Sequence record: MT611523.1
DNA length: 64,000 nt
Strand: one strand, 5' to 3'
Source of the DNA: Escherichia phage DK-13
Shown here one piece after another: positions 1 through 9,981 of the stretch. A model generated the notes under the pieces. That model was not told the DNA's origin and made no database searches. It worked only from the letters and a program-made list of their open reading frames with translations. The position numbers were made by a program, and so were the translations under genes. The stretch's first letter is position 1, and each line of letters starts with the position of its first letter.

Positions 1-202
1 TACTATTCAGGATGGTACCATCTTTCATTTCAACTTTTTCAACAAAATAATCACCTTCAATATAACACATATCCAGGACTTTGAAGGAACTACCATGTTG
101 TTCCATCAACTTGACCATGCACGAATTATCATCAGGACTACCAGCGATGAATTGTTTTTTAGCAGCAGGGTCTAATACGTAAAATTTACCAGTTTCCATC
201 AT
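1..202 (-). CDS. hypothetical protein, N-terminal part only (gene runs off window start)
   Basis: ATG at 202 with GAGGAA SD 8 nt upstream; frame open to window edge; translation MMETGKFYVLDPAAKK...; lies downstream of gene 32 where T4 has frd-side small ORFs. Confidence 0.4.
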   Translation of the reverse strand, partial: MMETGKFYVLDPAAKKQFIAGSPDDNSCMVKLMEQHGSSFKVLDMCYIEGDYFVEKVEMKDGTILNS

Positions 203-260
203 TTTAATTTCCTCATTTTTGTTGAGGGAACATATTATCATGTTCCCGTTGGTTTGTATA

Positions 261-488
261 CTAAGCTTGAATCAAGCCCATATAAAATTCAGCGTCTTCC
301 GGGTGCATCCCTTCGCAATATTCATTTTGCATAAAGCGGGTAAGGTCTTCAAGAGGACCTTGAACTTCAATTTGAATACTAAAGAATTGGGTATCTTTAA
401 TGTAAGTCATACACAAAGAAGGATACCGATTACGAATAACTTCGTAAGTGTATTCAAAATCAACGATATCAATATTAACCTTAGCCAT
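261..488 (-). CDS. hypothetical small protein (75 aa)
   Basis: ATG ORF preceded by GAGGAAA SD and an early-type promoter; no recognisable domain. Confidence 0.5.
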   Translation of the reverse strand: MAKVNIDIVDFEYTYEVIRNRYPSLCMTYIKDTQFFSIQIEVQGPLEDLTRFMQNEYCEGMHPEDAEFYMGLIQA

Positions 489-547
489 TTTATTTTCCTC
501 ATGTAGTTGATAGGTCTATAGTATCTCAACCATAGACCGTTGTAAAC
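489..547 (-). promoter_or_regulatory. sigma70-like early promoter with stem-loop and conserved leader
   Basis: minus strand reads GTTTAC (-35), inverted repeat ggtctat/atagacc spanning the -10 region, leader TATCAACTAC, then SD and ATG at 488. Confidence 0.4.
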
Positions 548-549
548 TG

Positions 550-912
550 CTATTTGAAAGCTTTTTGTAGAAGTTCAATGATTTGGTCGACGTTATTAGC
601 ATCTACAACACAATTAATAGAAACCGCCCCCGAAGGTGTTTTTGTATAATTGGAGTATTCACGGAAGCAATAAAACTCTTCTTCACTAAGTTCAAAATAA
701 TCATCACCCATGCCATCATCATTATAGATTGCACCATTAGCACAAATGATTTCGGTTACATAATCATAGCCGTCTAAACTTGATATTGATTTAACTTCAA
801 ACCAACCGCCATTTTCTTGGATGATGTCGACCATACTAGCATTCGATGAACTAATATCAATGAAAGATTTAATACGATGTGGATTGAACTCATATTTTTT
901 GCCGATTTCCAT
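550..912 (-). CDS. hypothetical protein (120 aa)
   Basis: ATG ORF with GAGGAA SD; preceded by promoter/terminator cassette; no recognisable domain. Confidence 0.55.
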   Translation of the reverse strand: MEIGKKYEFNPHRIKSFIDISSSNASMVDIIQENGGWFEVKSISSLDGYDYVTEIICANGAIYNDDGMGDDYFELSEEEFYCFREYSNYTKTPSGAVSINCVVDANNVDQIIELLQKAFK

Positions 913-949
913 TTTTATTTCCTCAGTTGTTATCAGTAGTTGATGGAAT

Positions 950-985
950 CATTATGCCTTAGCTCAAGGGGATTGTACACTACTT
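950..985 (-). promoter_or_regulatory. sigma70-like early promoter
   Basis: minus strand GTGTAC (-35-like), about 18 nt spacer, CATAAT (-10), then leader ATCAACTACTGA and SD GAGGAA before ATG at 912. Confidence 0.4.
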
Positions 986-990
986 TTTTA

Positions 991-1016
991 AAATAAAAAA
1001 GGGACCCGAAGGTCCC
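991..1016 (-). terminator. rho-independent terminator after gene 32
   Basis: minus strand GGGACC-UUCG-GGUCCC hairpin followed by U-run, directly after gp32 stop at 1023. Confidence 0.6.
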
Positions 1017-1022
1017 CTTATA

Positions 1023-1934
1023 TTAAAGGCCAGCCAGAAGGTCGTCAAGACCATCATCAGAAGGCTCTGGAGTGCTTGGAGCAGTCGCAGTGCGTTCAGA
1101 CTTAGCAGGTTTGCTGGAAGTGAAGTCTTCCATATCTTTATCAAAATCGTCCAGGTCAGCACCCAGTTTATCGGCTTGTGCAGCGGCTTTAGAAGCAGCA
1201 CCACCGAGAGCAGCCGTACCCATTACTTTAGAGAATTTCTTCTGATTCTCTTCAAGGGATTTAAACACCAGCAATTCATTCAGGTCAGACATTTCGTCCC
1301 AAAGTTTTTTCTGGAATGCTTCATCATTGATACCAGCGATTTCAGACTGGTTCATGAATTTGGAATCATCGTAGTTTTTATAACCGGAAACCATTTTAGA
1401 TTTCAGTACGAAGTTCGCACCTTCAAACGGACAAGTTACATCGATAGCAGTTTCACCCATGTCAACATCGACTTCAACCATCTGGTTGATTTTGTCCATG
1501 ATTTTCTTACCAAAGCGATATTTGAATACTTGGCCTTCGTTAGACGGAACTGCAGGGTCTTTAATGACCAGGATGTTAGCCCAGTAAGAAGTATTACGCT
1601 TCAGTTTACGATATTCGGATTCGTTTGTATTGTACAGGTCATTCTTATTCATGTACGCACACACAGGGCAGTTTTCATAATCGCCGTGAGTAGAAGTACA
1701 GTTTTCAATATACCATTGACCAGCATTTTTAAAGCCGTGGTTAACGAGCTTGATGAATGGAGATGGATTTTCTTCATTCTTAGAAGGCAGGAAACGAATA
1801 ACCGCAGAGCCGACACCATCAGTATCTTTCAGTTTCCATTCTTTTTTATCGTCAGAAGAGAAACCAGCACCACCTTTCAGTGCATTAAGGGAAGCAGCCA
1901 GGTCAGCAGGGTTTTTACGTTTAAACATAGACAT
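1023..1934 (-). CDS. 32: single-stranded DNA-binding protein gp32
   Basis: 303 aa; N-terminus MFKRK...[20 protein letters not shown]...AVIRFLPSK and acidic C-terminal tail resemble T4 gp32 as I recall it; synteny next to gene 59. Confidence 0.93.
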   Translation of the reverse strand: MSMFKRKNPADLAASLNALKGGAGFSSDDKKEWKLKDTDGVGSAVIRFLPSKNEENPSPFIKLVNHGFKNAGQWYIENCTSTHGDYENCPVCAYMNKNDLYNTNESEYRKLKRNTSYWANILVIKDPAVPSNEGQVFKYRFGKKIMDKINQMVEVDVDMGETAIDVTCPFEGANFVLKSKMVSGYKNYDDSKFMNQSEIAGINDEAFQKKLWDEMSDLNELLVFKSLEENQKKFSKVMGTAALGGAASKAAAQADKLGADLDDFDKDMEDFTSSKPAKSERTATAPSTPEPSDDGLDDLLAGL

Positions 1935-1983
1935 ATGATTTTCCTTAGATTATTTGATTTTTAGCAGTTGTTTTGATTACGTA

Positions 1984-2622
1984 TTAATTATACTTCAAAG
2001 TGATTGAAGCGATAAACTTTTGAAATTCAGAATCAAGATGGGGATTCCATCCTAATTTGAATTTATTTATAATGGAAATACCGGTCGTGTGTGTACACGG
2101 TAAACCAGTTTCTCTTGCCATAATAACTGGACCAAGTCTGGAAGTTCTATGCGGTCCTATATACCAGTCATAATATATTCCAGCATTTAACCAAACTAAA
2201 TGAGCACCTTTAGCTATTGTATTAGGATGTTCCCAAGGCAATAAACCTTTAAGGTGAGAATTTAATTTCATATTTATTTTATGTGATTCTGATTTTGGTT
2301 TACCTTTTAATGAAGACTTAAAGGTTCCACGAGCACTCGCCTTATTGAAAAACAATGGCGATTTAACCACATTATAGTGTTGATGGTAAAACTCTTCTTC
2401 TGACAACACATCGTCACACACATGCAGAATTTTAACGGTTGGTTTTTCAGACAATGCCTCAATAAAACGAGATTGTTTGCATGAAGACCAGTATTCTTTA
2501 TTATGTGAATCAATTATAACACCATTTTCAAAAGCACAATTATGCTTTGACCCAATGTAAAAATAAGGAGGCGTTTTATTTTTCAGACGAGTTTCAAATG
2601 TAAACCAATATACAACATTCAA
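1984..2622 (-). CDS. hypothetical protein (212 aa) inserted between genes 59 and 32
   Basis: ORF-track start is TTG overlapping the gp59 stop (TTGA); no internal ATG near start; weak GIY-YIG-like features (VVY...TRLKNK...YFYIGSK) that I cannot confirm. Confidence 0.5.
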   Translation of the reverse strand: MNVVYWFTFETRLKNKTPPYFYIGSKHNCAFENGVIIDSHNKEYWSSCKQSRFIEALSEKPTVKILHVCDDVLSEEEFYHQHYNVVKSPLFFNKASARGTFKSSLKGKPKSESHKINMKLNSHLKGLLPWEHPNTIAKGAHLVWLNAGIYYDWYIGPHRTSRLGPVIMARETGLPCTHTTGISIINKFKLGWNPHLDSEFQKFIASITLKYN

Positions 2623-3272
2623 AACTTACACCCTTTAACAGTCTCGATGAACAATTTACGGGCTTCAAGAGAATCGATATTTAAGATTTTCTTATAAGCA
2701 TTTAGTTTAGTTGAATACTTTTCCCAAACCAAGTCGTTAGTCTGTTCATCATGTTGGTCTATTATACCTAAAAATGAATCAAGCAAACAAAACGTTTCAA
2801 ATGAAATAACATTCGATTGGAGAAGTTTGAAAATATAACTTGTATTCACTTTAGTATTATACTCGAAAATCTCTTGGAGCGATTTGACTTCGACTTTCTT
2901 ACTGAAGTAATAGATGTTCTTTATATCATCTTCGTATACTTGTCTAATTCTTTTAAGTCGGCCAATGTATTCTCTATAAAATATCAGAGCATCGGCATCA
3001 CTTATATCGCCTATCCATGCATCCTGGTTCGCAACCAGGTTTGACATGAATATTAACGTTAATTCTTTAAGAGTGTACTTATCGCTAAGCTTTTCGAAAA
3101 AATACTTATCGCGACGTTTTTGATAAGCACTATCGGAGATTCGCATGGTCCAGTTATATTTGATAATATCATAACGACCCGAAAAATGCTGTTTGATGGA
3201 TAAGTACAGTTGGTATACTGATTTACCATTTATATATCGGTTGTTATTTGGAGGCATGCGAATCGTAATCAT
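2619..3272 (-). CDS. 59: helicase loader gp59
   Basis: 217 aa; sequence closely resembles T4 gp59 as recalled (MI.IRMP...YI.GKSVY.LYL.IKQH..G.YD.IKYNW.MR.SD.AYQKRRDKYFF.KLS.KY.LKEL); synteny. Confidence 0.93.
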   Translation of the reverse strand: MITIRMPPNNNRYINGKSVYQLYLSIKQHFSGRYDIIKYNWTMRISDSAYQKRRDKYFFEKLSDKYTLKELTLIFMSNLVANQDAWIGDISDADALIFYREYIGRLKRIRQVYEDDIKNIYYFSKKVEVKSLQEIFEYNTKVNTSYIFKLLQSNVISFETFCLLDSFLGIIDQHDEQTNDLVWEKYSTKLNAYKKILNIDSLEARKLFIETVKGCKF

Positions 3273-3562
3273 AACAAAAAGTCCAGCGTATTAGTTTTCT
3301 GTGTACGAGACATACTTGGGCGAAGCAGGTTATCATCATATGCTTCATTCATAATCTTATCAATGATTCCCGCAGGAATGTATCGTGCAAAATTACCTTC
3401 AGGAATTCCACGTTCTTCCAACCAGGCGGTCGCAGCTTCCAGATAAGACATTTCAGTTGACTCAACCATGGCTTCAATATCAAGCCCATTTTGCTGCTTA
3501 CTAATCGCCCCGGAAGGCGATTCAGTTTTCTGTGTATCGAAATTAACTAAAGAGGACATCAT
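3269..3562 (-). CDS. 33: late-transcription accessory protein gp33 (start uncertain)
   Basis: ORF-track frame 3269..3655; I place the start at ATG 3562 (MMSS...) because of GGAG SD 4 nt upstream; C-terminal ...TNTLDFLL tail; position between dsbA and 59 as in T4. Confidence 0.55.
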   Translation of the reverse strand: MMSSLVNFDTQKTESPSGAISKQQNGLDIEAMVESTEMSYLEAATAWLEERGIPEGNFARYIPAGIIDKIMNEAYDDNLLRPSMSRTQKTNTLDFLL

Positions 3563-3812
3563 AGAGCTCCACAGCTTCGGTTTTTTCATCTTCAAAACGT
3601 TCACGAGTGCCTTTATGATACAGGCCGAGCTGTGTATTGAACATCTTACCGTCAACGCCTAATTCAGTTTTTGCCTTATCTTTAAGGTCTTTAATTTCGT
3701 CTGCATATGCTTCCATTTTTAATTTGGTATCGGAAGCAGCTTTAATCAGCTTGGCTAGTTCAGCACCATGAGTATCAGGACAAAATTCAACTTTCACTTT
3801 TTTCTCTTTCAT
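3543..3812 (-). CDS. dsbA: dsDNA-binding protein DsbA-like (89 aa)
   Basis: 89 aa ORF between rnh and 33, matching T4 dsbA position and size. Confidence 0.7.
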   Translation of the reverse strand: MKEKKVKVEFCPDTHGAELAKLIKAASDTKLKMEAYADEIKDLKDKAKTELGVDGKMFNTQLGLYHKGTRERFEDEKTEAVELYDVLFS

Positions 3813-3820
3813 AATATACC

Positions 3821-4765
3821 TTAATAAAATTCAGCAATATTTGCAGTTAGTTTAGACAGACCAGACTTAACAAAGTAAGGATAAACTTTACTTTTGGCTG
3901 GGATAACGTAGTTATTATATCGTTCTAATATTGAAGCGGATATTTCCGTTGGGATAAAGTCCATATCAATCAACAATTGGTTTTCACAGAATCTATTATA
4001 TTGCTCTTCTGTTAAAAGCGTTTTCAAAACGTCATGGTCGTAATAGTTGAGTGCAATTTGTTCAAGCTCAGCTGCACGGGTTGGCGGAGTACGTTCACCT
4101 TCTTCATGAGTGTAATAAAAATCACCACGAACCTTGATGCTCGACACGTTATCTTTTTTGTCGCCTTTAACAACCTTTGTCACGCAATCCATAAGGGCAT
4201 CGCCTGATTTAGTTTTGACATATTTTTTCTGCATCGGGGACCATTGTTTCACCCCAGGGAATTTATGCAACTGGGTAAAGTCACCATCCGAAGAAACAAC
4301 CATAACCGGATGTCCGAGACTGGTGAGCAACTTCGTTAATACTGCAATATGGTCGTCTGCCTCGACTTTATCAATATTCATCACGATGTAAGGCATGTAT
4401 TTTTCCATTTCATCGATGATGATGTGCATGGCAGCATGTAGACCTTCCCAATCGAATTGAGACTCTTCACGAGCCTTTGCACGGTTTTTCTTATAATAAT
4501 AAGATTTAGTCCGGCGCCAATAGCCATTCTTCGAGTTATCAACACAAATAATTGGAATTGTATAACCAAGCTTTTTGAACTGTACGATATTTTTTCGGAT
4601 AGAGTTCAGAACCAAGTGTCTGGTCATTGCAGTTGTTACTTTCGGAAAGCCTGCGTCTTTGCCGAATTCCTGAAAGGCTGCAGCCATGATAAGCTGACTA
4701 AAATCGAGTAACTGAAAACCTTCTTTTTGACGGTCTTCTTCAGGGAGTAAAAAATCTAAATTCAT
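3821..4765 (-). CDS. rnh: RNase H (5'-3' exonuclease / flap endonuclease)
   Basis: 314 aa; motifs YYKKNR.KAREES.WDWEG, DKYEADDHIAV, SSDGDFTQLHK resemble T4 RNase H; synteny upstream of gene 34 on opposite strand. Confidence 0.9.
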   Translation of the reverse strand: MNLDFLLPEEDRQKEGFQLLDFSQLIMAAAFQEFGKDAGFPKVTTAMTRHLVLNSIRKNIVQFKKLGYTIPIICVDNSKNGYWRRTKSYYYKKNRAKAREESQFDWEGLHAAMHIIIDEMEKYMPYIVMNIDKVEADDHIAVLTKLLTSLGHPVMVVSSDGDFTQLHKFPGVKQWSPMQKKYVKTKSGDALMDCVTKVVKGDKKDNVSSIKVRGDFYYTHEEGERTPPTRAAELEQIALNYYDHDVLKTLLTEEQYNRFCENQLLIDMDFIPTEISASILERYNNYVIPAKSKVYPYFVKSGLSKLTANIAEFY

Positions 4766-4822
4766 ATGAACCTCTGTTCAATTAGTTGACTCGATTATAT
4801 TAGCATAAAAATTTTAAAGCAA

Positions 4823-4830
4823 TATAAATA
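4823..4830 (+). promoter_or_regulatory. T4-type late promoter motif upstream of gene 34
   Basis: exact TATAAATA about 30 nt upstream of gp34 ATG. Confidence 0.6.
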
Positions 4831-4861
4831 CACATATACCAAATCAATAAGGATAAAGCAC

Positions 4862-7800
4862 ATGGCCGATATTTTAAAACCAGCATTCAGAGCAACATCC
4901 GGTCTCGATGCTGCTGGTGAGAAAGTCATTAATGTCGCAAAAGCTGATTACTCAGTTTTATCAGACGGCGTTAACGTAGGTTTCTTTATAGAAGAAAACA
5001 CAATTCAACAATATGATGCGACGCGCGGATACAAAAAGAACTTTGCGGTTATTAATGATAACCGTATTTGGGTTGCTCAACGTGATATTCCGGCACCAGC
5101 TGGAGCATTTACCCCTCAGTATTGGTTAGCAACTCGTACTGACCCTAAATGGGAAACTGTTGCATCTCCAACTCGTCAGCTTAGCTCCGGGGAATTTATC
5201 GCAGTCGACTCAGCTGCAAGCTTTACCACATTTACATTGCCTCCGAACCCGACTGATGGTGATACCATCGTTATTAAAGATATCGGCGGTAATACCGGTT
5301 ATAATGAAATTAAAGTTCAATCGAGCAATGTGCCTGGTCAAGGTAACCAAAAGATTGTTCGCTTTGGTAATCAGTATTCAGAAGTTTTAATTACCAAACC
5401 ATTCTCTTATAACATGCTTATCTTTTCAAACCGCTTATGGCAATTTTGGGAAGCAGGTAACGAAGAACGTGGTATCAGAGTAGAACCGTCGACCGGACGT
5501 TTCCATGCACAAGCTGGCGACTTTATTATGCGTCGTTATACAACTGGTGCACCGATTACTTTCATTCTTCCTAAGTATGCAAACCAGGGTGATATTGTCA
5601 AATCTGTTGATATCGATGGTATGGGACCAACGTTCCACCTGATGGTTGAAACCTTTGACACTAGTTCCAGTCTTGATAAAGCTGGTCAGCATCAAATGGA
5701 ATTCCGCACCACAGGTGATGGTTTCTTCGTTTATGATGCTGCCGAAAAACTCTGGCATGTTTGGGACGGTGATTTTAAAACTCGTCTTCGCGTTATTCGC
5801 GACAGCGTTAAACTTTTACCAAACGAAAGTGTCATTGTATTTGGCGAAGATAACTCAACTCCGGCAACGATTAATATCGATTTGCCAACTAATGTTTTGC
5901 AAGGCGATATTGTTAAGATTGCGCTGAACTATCTCCGTAAATCGCAGACTGTTAATATAAGAGCTGCTGTTGGCGATAAGATTGCAACTGACATTAAATT
6001 GCTGCAATTCCCTAAACGTTCCGAGTATCCACCAGATACAACTTGGGTGATGGTTGATTCATTGACCTTTAATGGCAACATCAGTTATACTCCGGTTATT
6101 GAATTATCATATGCAGAAGATGCAGTGTCTGGAACAAGTTATTGGGTTGTCGCTCAGAACGTCCCGACTGTCGAACGAGTTGACTCATTAAATGATTCCA
6201 CGCGTACACGTCTTGGTGTTATTGCTCTGGCAAACCAGACTCAGGCAAACGTTGACCATGAAAATAACCCAGAAAAAGAACTCGCAATTACCCCTCAGAC
6301 TTTAGCCAACCGTGTTGCTAAAGAGAACCAACGAGGCATTGCCAGAATCGCAACGACTGCCCAAGTAAATCAGAACAGTGATTTTGCATTTGTTGATGAT
6401 GTAATTATTTCTCCGAAAAAACTCAATGAACGTACGGCAACAGAAACGAGACGCGGGCTCGCAGAACTCGCCACACAGCAAGAAACCAATGCGGGTGTAG
6501 ATGATACCACAATTATAACTCCAAAGAAACTGCAAGCTCGCCAGGGCTCAGAATCGCTATCCGGTATTGTAACTTACGTTTCAACAACCGGTGCAACTCC
6601 TGCTGCTTCGCGTGAATTAAATGGTACAAACGTTTATAATAAAAATACGGTTAATCTGGTTGTTTCTCCGAAAGCTCTTGACCAGTACAAAGCTACTTAC
6701 ACCCAACAAGGTGCGGTTATTCTTGCGGTTGAAAGTGAAGTAATTGCTGGTACTTCTCAATCTGGCTGGGCAAACGCAGTCGTTACTCCAGAAATGTTGC
6801 AGCGCAAAACTGCTCTTGATTCCCGTATCGGTTTAATCGAGATTGCAACTCAAGTAGAAACAGATGCAGGAACCGATTATACCAGAGCTGTGACTCCTAA
6901 AACGTTAAATGACCGTAAAGCATCAGAAACGTTAACCGGCATAGCCGAGATTGCTACGCAATCAGAATTTGATACTGGAACTGATGATACTCGTATCTCA
7001 ACTCCATTAAAAATTAAAACTAGATTTAATAATACTGCTCGCACTTCTGTTAATGCATTAAGTGGTTTAGTAGAAACAGGGACGCTCTGGGACCATTATA
7101 GCCTGAATATTCTTGAAGCAAATGAGACTCAACGCGGTACGGCAAGATTAGCAACTCAGGGTGAAGTCAATACCGGCACTGACGATAAAACAATCGTTAC
7201 TCCGCTTAAATTGATGTCGAAAAAAGCCACTGAAAATGCCGAAGGTATTGTTCGCATCGCGACAAACGCAGAAGCAACAGCAGGCACATCAAAAGTCTTG
7301 GCCATCAGTCCGTCGGCGCTGAAATATATTGCACAAACGGAAACAACCTGGGAATCATCTGAAACACTGCGTGGATTTGTTCGTTTATCTTCTGGTACAG
7401 CTACTTCGGCCGCAACTACAACGACTGGTGCAGGATTTACATATGCAAATGGTGTGTATACTCCGGACCCAAGTAAACTGGTTAGCTATTCAAAATCTGG
7501 TTATGCAGTTTCACCTTACGAATTAAACCGCGTATTGCAAAACTTCTTACCGATAAATGCGATGGCTGTTAATGCTGAAAAACTGGATAACCTTGATTCG
7601 ACCCAGTTTATTCGTCGTGATATTGCTCAGACTGTTGAAGGTGTGTTAACTCTTACTAAACAGACAAATATATCTGCTCCGGTTGTATCGACGAGCACTG
7701 CAGTGTTTACTGATGTAACGGCTGGCACTTCGACGTTCGGAACTGTGAATGTTGTTAACGGAACTAACAAGTGGAAAATCACCGCTCCTTCCGCCGGAAC

Positions 7801-8818
7801 GACAATGACTATTGGCGATACGACTAACGTATTGACATTAAACACCGCCTCGGGTAATGCTGCTGTATTGAACAACCTTAGTGCCGGAAATGATGTTCAA
7901 GCCAAAAATAATTACGTTCTAAATGGTCGTACTATCGCAACCACAACGGGTGAAGCTTCTGGCGCAACTCTGGCTCTGGGTGATAACTCGCAGAATTTAG
8001 TGCTTAAAACTCTTGATGCTGGCAATATCATAGCAAATGGTGGCGGCGCATTTAAAGTCCTGACCGAGAAAAACGCTGTTGAGATTGTAGATAGAAACTT
8101 TGTTAACCAAGCCGGTGATACAATGTCTGGTGTGCTCCGTGTGAATGCTCCGGTCCGTGTATTCGGTACGAAACCAAGTCTTATCGCACAAGCTCCGACT
8201 GCAGATACTGTTGGCTTCTGGTCTGTCGATATCAATGATGAACCGACTTATAGCCAGTTCCCTGGTTATTGGACAATGAAGTTAAAACGTCAGGTAAACA
8301 TTGATACAGTTCAAACTAAACCTGCTGGGGTAACTGATGAAGTTTGGAATGCTTCTGGTTGGTTAACTGAAAATGGAACTTTCGCCTCGCCTGTTATTCG
8401 TTATCGTAATGACGATGGTACACTCGGTGATGAAGTATTAGGTAGCTCTGGCCAAAAACTGCGCGGAACCTGGTTTGACTATTCGGTTCGTGATAAGGAA
8501 GTTAAATACCCTGGTACGTTAACTCAGTTTGGTAATACATTGGATTCATGTTATCAGGATTGGGTGTGTTATCCAACTGGATTGAACGGTGGTACTATTC
8601 GTTATACTCGTACATGGCAGAAAAATAAATCTGCATGGACGACTTTTGCAATGGTTTACACCGCGGATAACCCTCCGTCTGCAGAGGATGTTGGTGCATT
8701 ACCGGCCGACAACACAACAATGGGGAACTTAACCATTCTCGATTGGTTGCGTATCGGTAACGTGCGCATCATCCCAGACCCGACCACTAAATCCGTTAAG
8801 TTTGAATGGGTTGAATAA
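4862..8818 (+). CDS. 34: long tail fibre proximal subunit gp34
   Basis: 1318 aa ORF with ATG and AAGGA SD; size and position (after rnh, before 35/36/37) match T4 gp34; repetitive fibre-like sequence (multiple ...E.LRG.A..AT... repeats). Confidence 0.9.
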   Translation: MADILKPAFRATSGLDAAGEKVINVAKADYSVLSDGVNVGFFIEENTIQQYDATRGYKKNFAVINDNRIWVAQRDIPAPAGAFTPQYWLATRTDPKWETVASPTRQLSSGEFIAVDSAASFTTFTLPPNPTDGDTIVIKDIGGNTGYNEIKVQSSNVPGQGNQKIVRFGNQYSEVLITKPFSYNMLIFSNRLWQFWEAGNEERGIRVEPSTGRFHAQAGDFIMRRYTTGAPITFILPKYANQGDIVKSVDIDGMGPTFHLMVETFDTSSSLDKAGQHQMEFRTTGDGFFVYDAAEKLWHVWDGDFKTRLRVIRDSVKLLPNESVIVFGEDNSTPATINIDLPTNVLQGDIVKIALNYLRKSQTVNIRAAVGDKIATDIKLLQFPKRSEYPPDTTWVMVDSLTFNGNISYTPVIELSYAEDAVSGTSYWVVAQNVPTVERVDSLNDSTRTRLGVIALANQTQANVDHENNPEKELAITPQTLANRVAKENQRGIARIATTAQVNQNSDFAFVDDVIISPKKLNERTATETRRGLAELATQQETNAGVDDTTIITPKKLQARQGSESLSGIVTYVSTTGATPAASRELNGTNVYNKNTVNLVVSPKALDQYKATYTQQGAVILAVESEVIAGTSQSGWANAVVTPEMLQRKTALDSRIGLIEIATQVETDAGTDYTRAVTPKTLNDRKASETLTGIAEIATQSEFDTGTDDTRISTPLKIKTRFNNTARTSVNALSGLVETGTLWDHYSLNILEANETQRGTARLATQGEVNTGTDDKTIVTPLKLMSKKATENAEGIVRIATNAEATAGTSKVLAISPSALKYIAQTETTWESSETLRGFVRLSSGTATSAATTTTGAGFTYANGVYTPDPSKLVSYSKSGYAVSPYELNRVLQNFLPINAMAVNAEKLDNLDSTQFIRRDIAQTVEGVLTLTKQTNISAPVVSTSTAVFTDVTAGTSTFGTVNVVNGTNKWKITAPSAGTTMTIGDTTNVLTLNTASGNAAVLNNLSAGNDVQAKNNYVLNGRTIATTTGEASGATLALGDNSQNLVLKTLDAGNIIANGGGAFKVLTEKNAVEIVDRNFVNQAGDTMSGVLRVNAPVRVFGTKPSLIAQAPTADTVGFWSVDINDEPTYSQFPGYWTMKLKRQVNIDTVQTKPAGVTDEVWNASGWLTENGTFASPVIRYRNDDGTLGDEVLGSSGQKLRGTWFDYSVRDKEVKYPGTLTQFGNTLDSCYQDWVCYPTGLNGGTIRYTRTWQKNKSAWTTFAMVYTADNPPSAEDVGALPADNTTMGNLTILDWLRIGNVRIIPDPTTKSVKFEWVE

Positions 8819-8826
8819 GAGGTAAT

Positions 8827-9957
8827 ATGGAAAAATTTATGGCAGAGTTTGGACAAGGATACGTCCAAACGCCAGTTATATCAGAAAATAATGCCGTTAA
8901 ATTTAAAATGAGTATAGCAGGGAGCTGTACTCTTTCCACGGTGAAATCGTATATCAAATTTCAGGATGAACAAATCGGACCAACTACTTTTGGCAATGGT
9001 TTGACTCTATTAGAAATTGATACAACTACGAATAAAATTGTTAACACGAAAAACTATTCATTGACCAGCACACATGATGTAATCAGTCAGGCATTAATCA
9101 CCTTTGTGGAATCTGTTCCAGCTGGAAGATTGATTGCTTTTATTTCTTCTGGGAAACTAAATGCCTCGCAAACATTAATTGACTGGCTTCGTAAATGTGG
9201 CTCAAGAGCATTCCCCGAGAAATGGTTGATTGATAAAGTTGATACATCGTACTCGGCTTTTTACATAACCGGCCGGAACGTAATTGTTTCGGAGCATGTT
9301 AAGTATAATGACGGAATGTTAGTTGAGGATGTTTCAACTCCGCTTGAAGTCATTTATGATACCTTTAGTGATATAGGAGCAACAGGCTATCCTGTGCGCA
9401 TAACGGAAGACGAGAGCACGTATTCATCAACAGGTGATGGAACATCAACCGCGATTAGAAGGTTCCCCACAGAGGACCTGGTGACTCCTATGAGCACCTA
9501 TAACCTTTTACCTTTGGATGTGCTTTACTTGAAGTTTCAGATGTCATTTGACGCTGCACTGAAAGCCGCCGGGACTGTAAGGACTTCGGTTCGATTCTTT
9601 AAAAGCCCCAGCACTTCTCCAATATCAAATACAAACATCGATATTGCAGCGAACGTTCCAGCTGGTGCATGGGCAAGTTTCGAAAGATATGTCGAGATTC
9701 CAGCGGAAGCCGATGGCTTTACGGTAGTAACATCAAGGACTGTAGCTGTGGGAACTGGGTCAATACGTAATATTGTTATTGGTGAGATAACCAGAGGTGA
9801 CTCGGCATTCAAACCAGCTGAATTTGGTGTCAACGGCATAAGGATGTCATATGCAAACGATACAACAAATACAGGCAATACAATTGTAACATTACCAGAT
9901 GCGCAAGCTCCGAGAGCCGGCAAGATATATGCGGCCGAACTACGAGAAAAACAATAG
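8827..9957 (+). CDS. 35: long tail fibre hinge connector gp35
   Basis: 376 aa ORF immediately after gp34; size and position match T4 gp35. Confidence 0.8.
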   Translation: MEKFMAEFGQGYVQTPVISENNAVKFKMSIAGSCTLSTVKSYIKFQDEQIGPTTFGNGLTLLEIDTTTNKIVNTKNYSLTSTHDVISQALITFVESVPAGRLIAFISSGKLNASQTLIDWLRKCGSRAFPEKWLIDKVDTSYSAFYITGRNVIVSEHVKYNDGMLVEDVSTPLEVIYDTFSDIGATGYPVRITEDESTYSSTGDGTSTAIRRFPTEDLVTPMSTYNLLPLDVLYLKFQMSFDAALKAAGTVRTSVRFFKSPSTSPISNTNIDIAANVPAGAWASFERYVEIPAEADGFTVVTSRTVAVGTGSIRNIVIGEITRGDSAFKPAEFGVNGIRMSYANDTTNTGNTIVTLPDAQAPRAGKIYAAELREKQ

Positions 9958-9979
9958 GACTCTTCGGAGTCCTTTTTTC
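9956..9979 (+). terminator. rho-independent terminator after gene 35
   Basis: AGGACUC-UUCG-GAGUCCU hairpin followed by UUUUUU. Confidence 0.6.
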
Positions 9980-9981
9980 GT

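Noticed and set aside
219-506. 95-aa plus-strand ORF
   Set aside because: Overlaps the minus-strand ORF 261..488 and its promoter; no SD; the minus-strand gene has promoter and SD support.
1176-1964. 262-aa plus-strand ORF (and 62-aa ORF 1750..1938) antisense to gene 32
   Set aside because: Entirely inside the well-supported gp32 coding region on the opposite strand; no SD; low-complexity, protein-unlike translation. Treated as a chance antisense frame.
2000-2100. Second GIY/YIG-like string GIYYDWYIG in ORF 1984..2622
   Set aside because: GIY and YIG are only 3 residues apart, whereas the GIY-YIG domain needs about 10-11 residues between them; probably coincidental.
4134-4711. Plus-strand ORFs 4134..4391 and 4457..4711 and minus ORF 4381..4569 inside rnh
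   Set aside because: Lie within or antisense to the RNase H gene, which has strong motif support; no SD.
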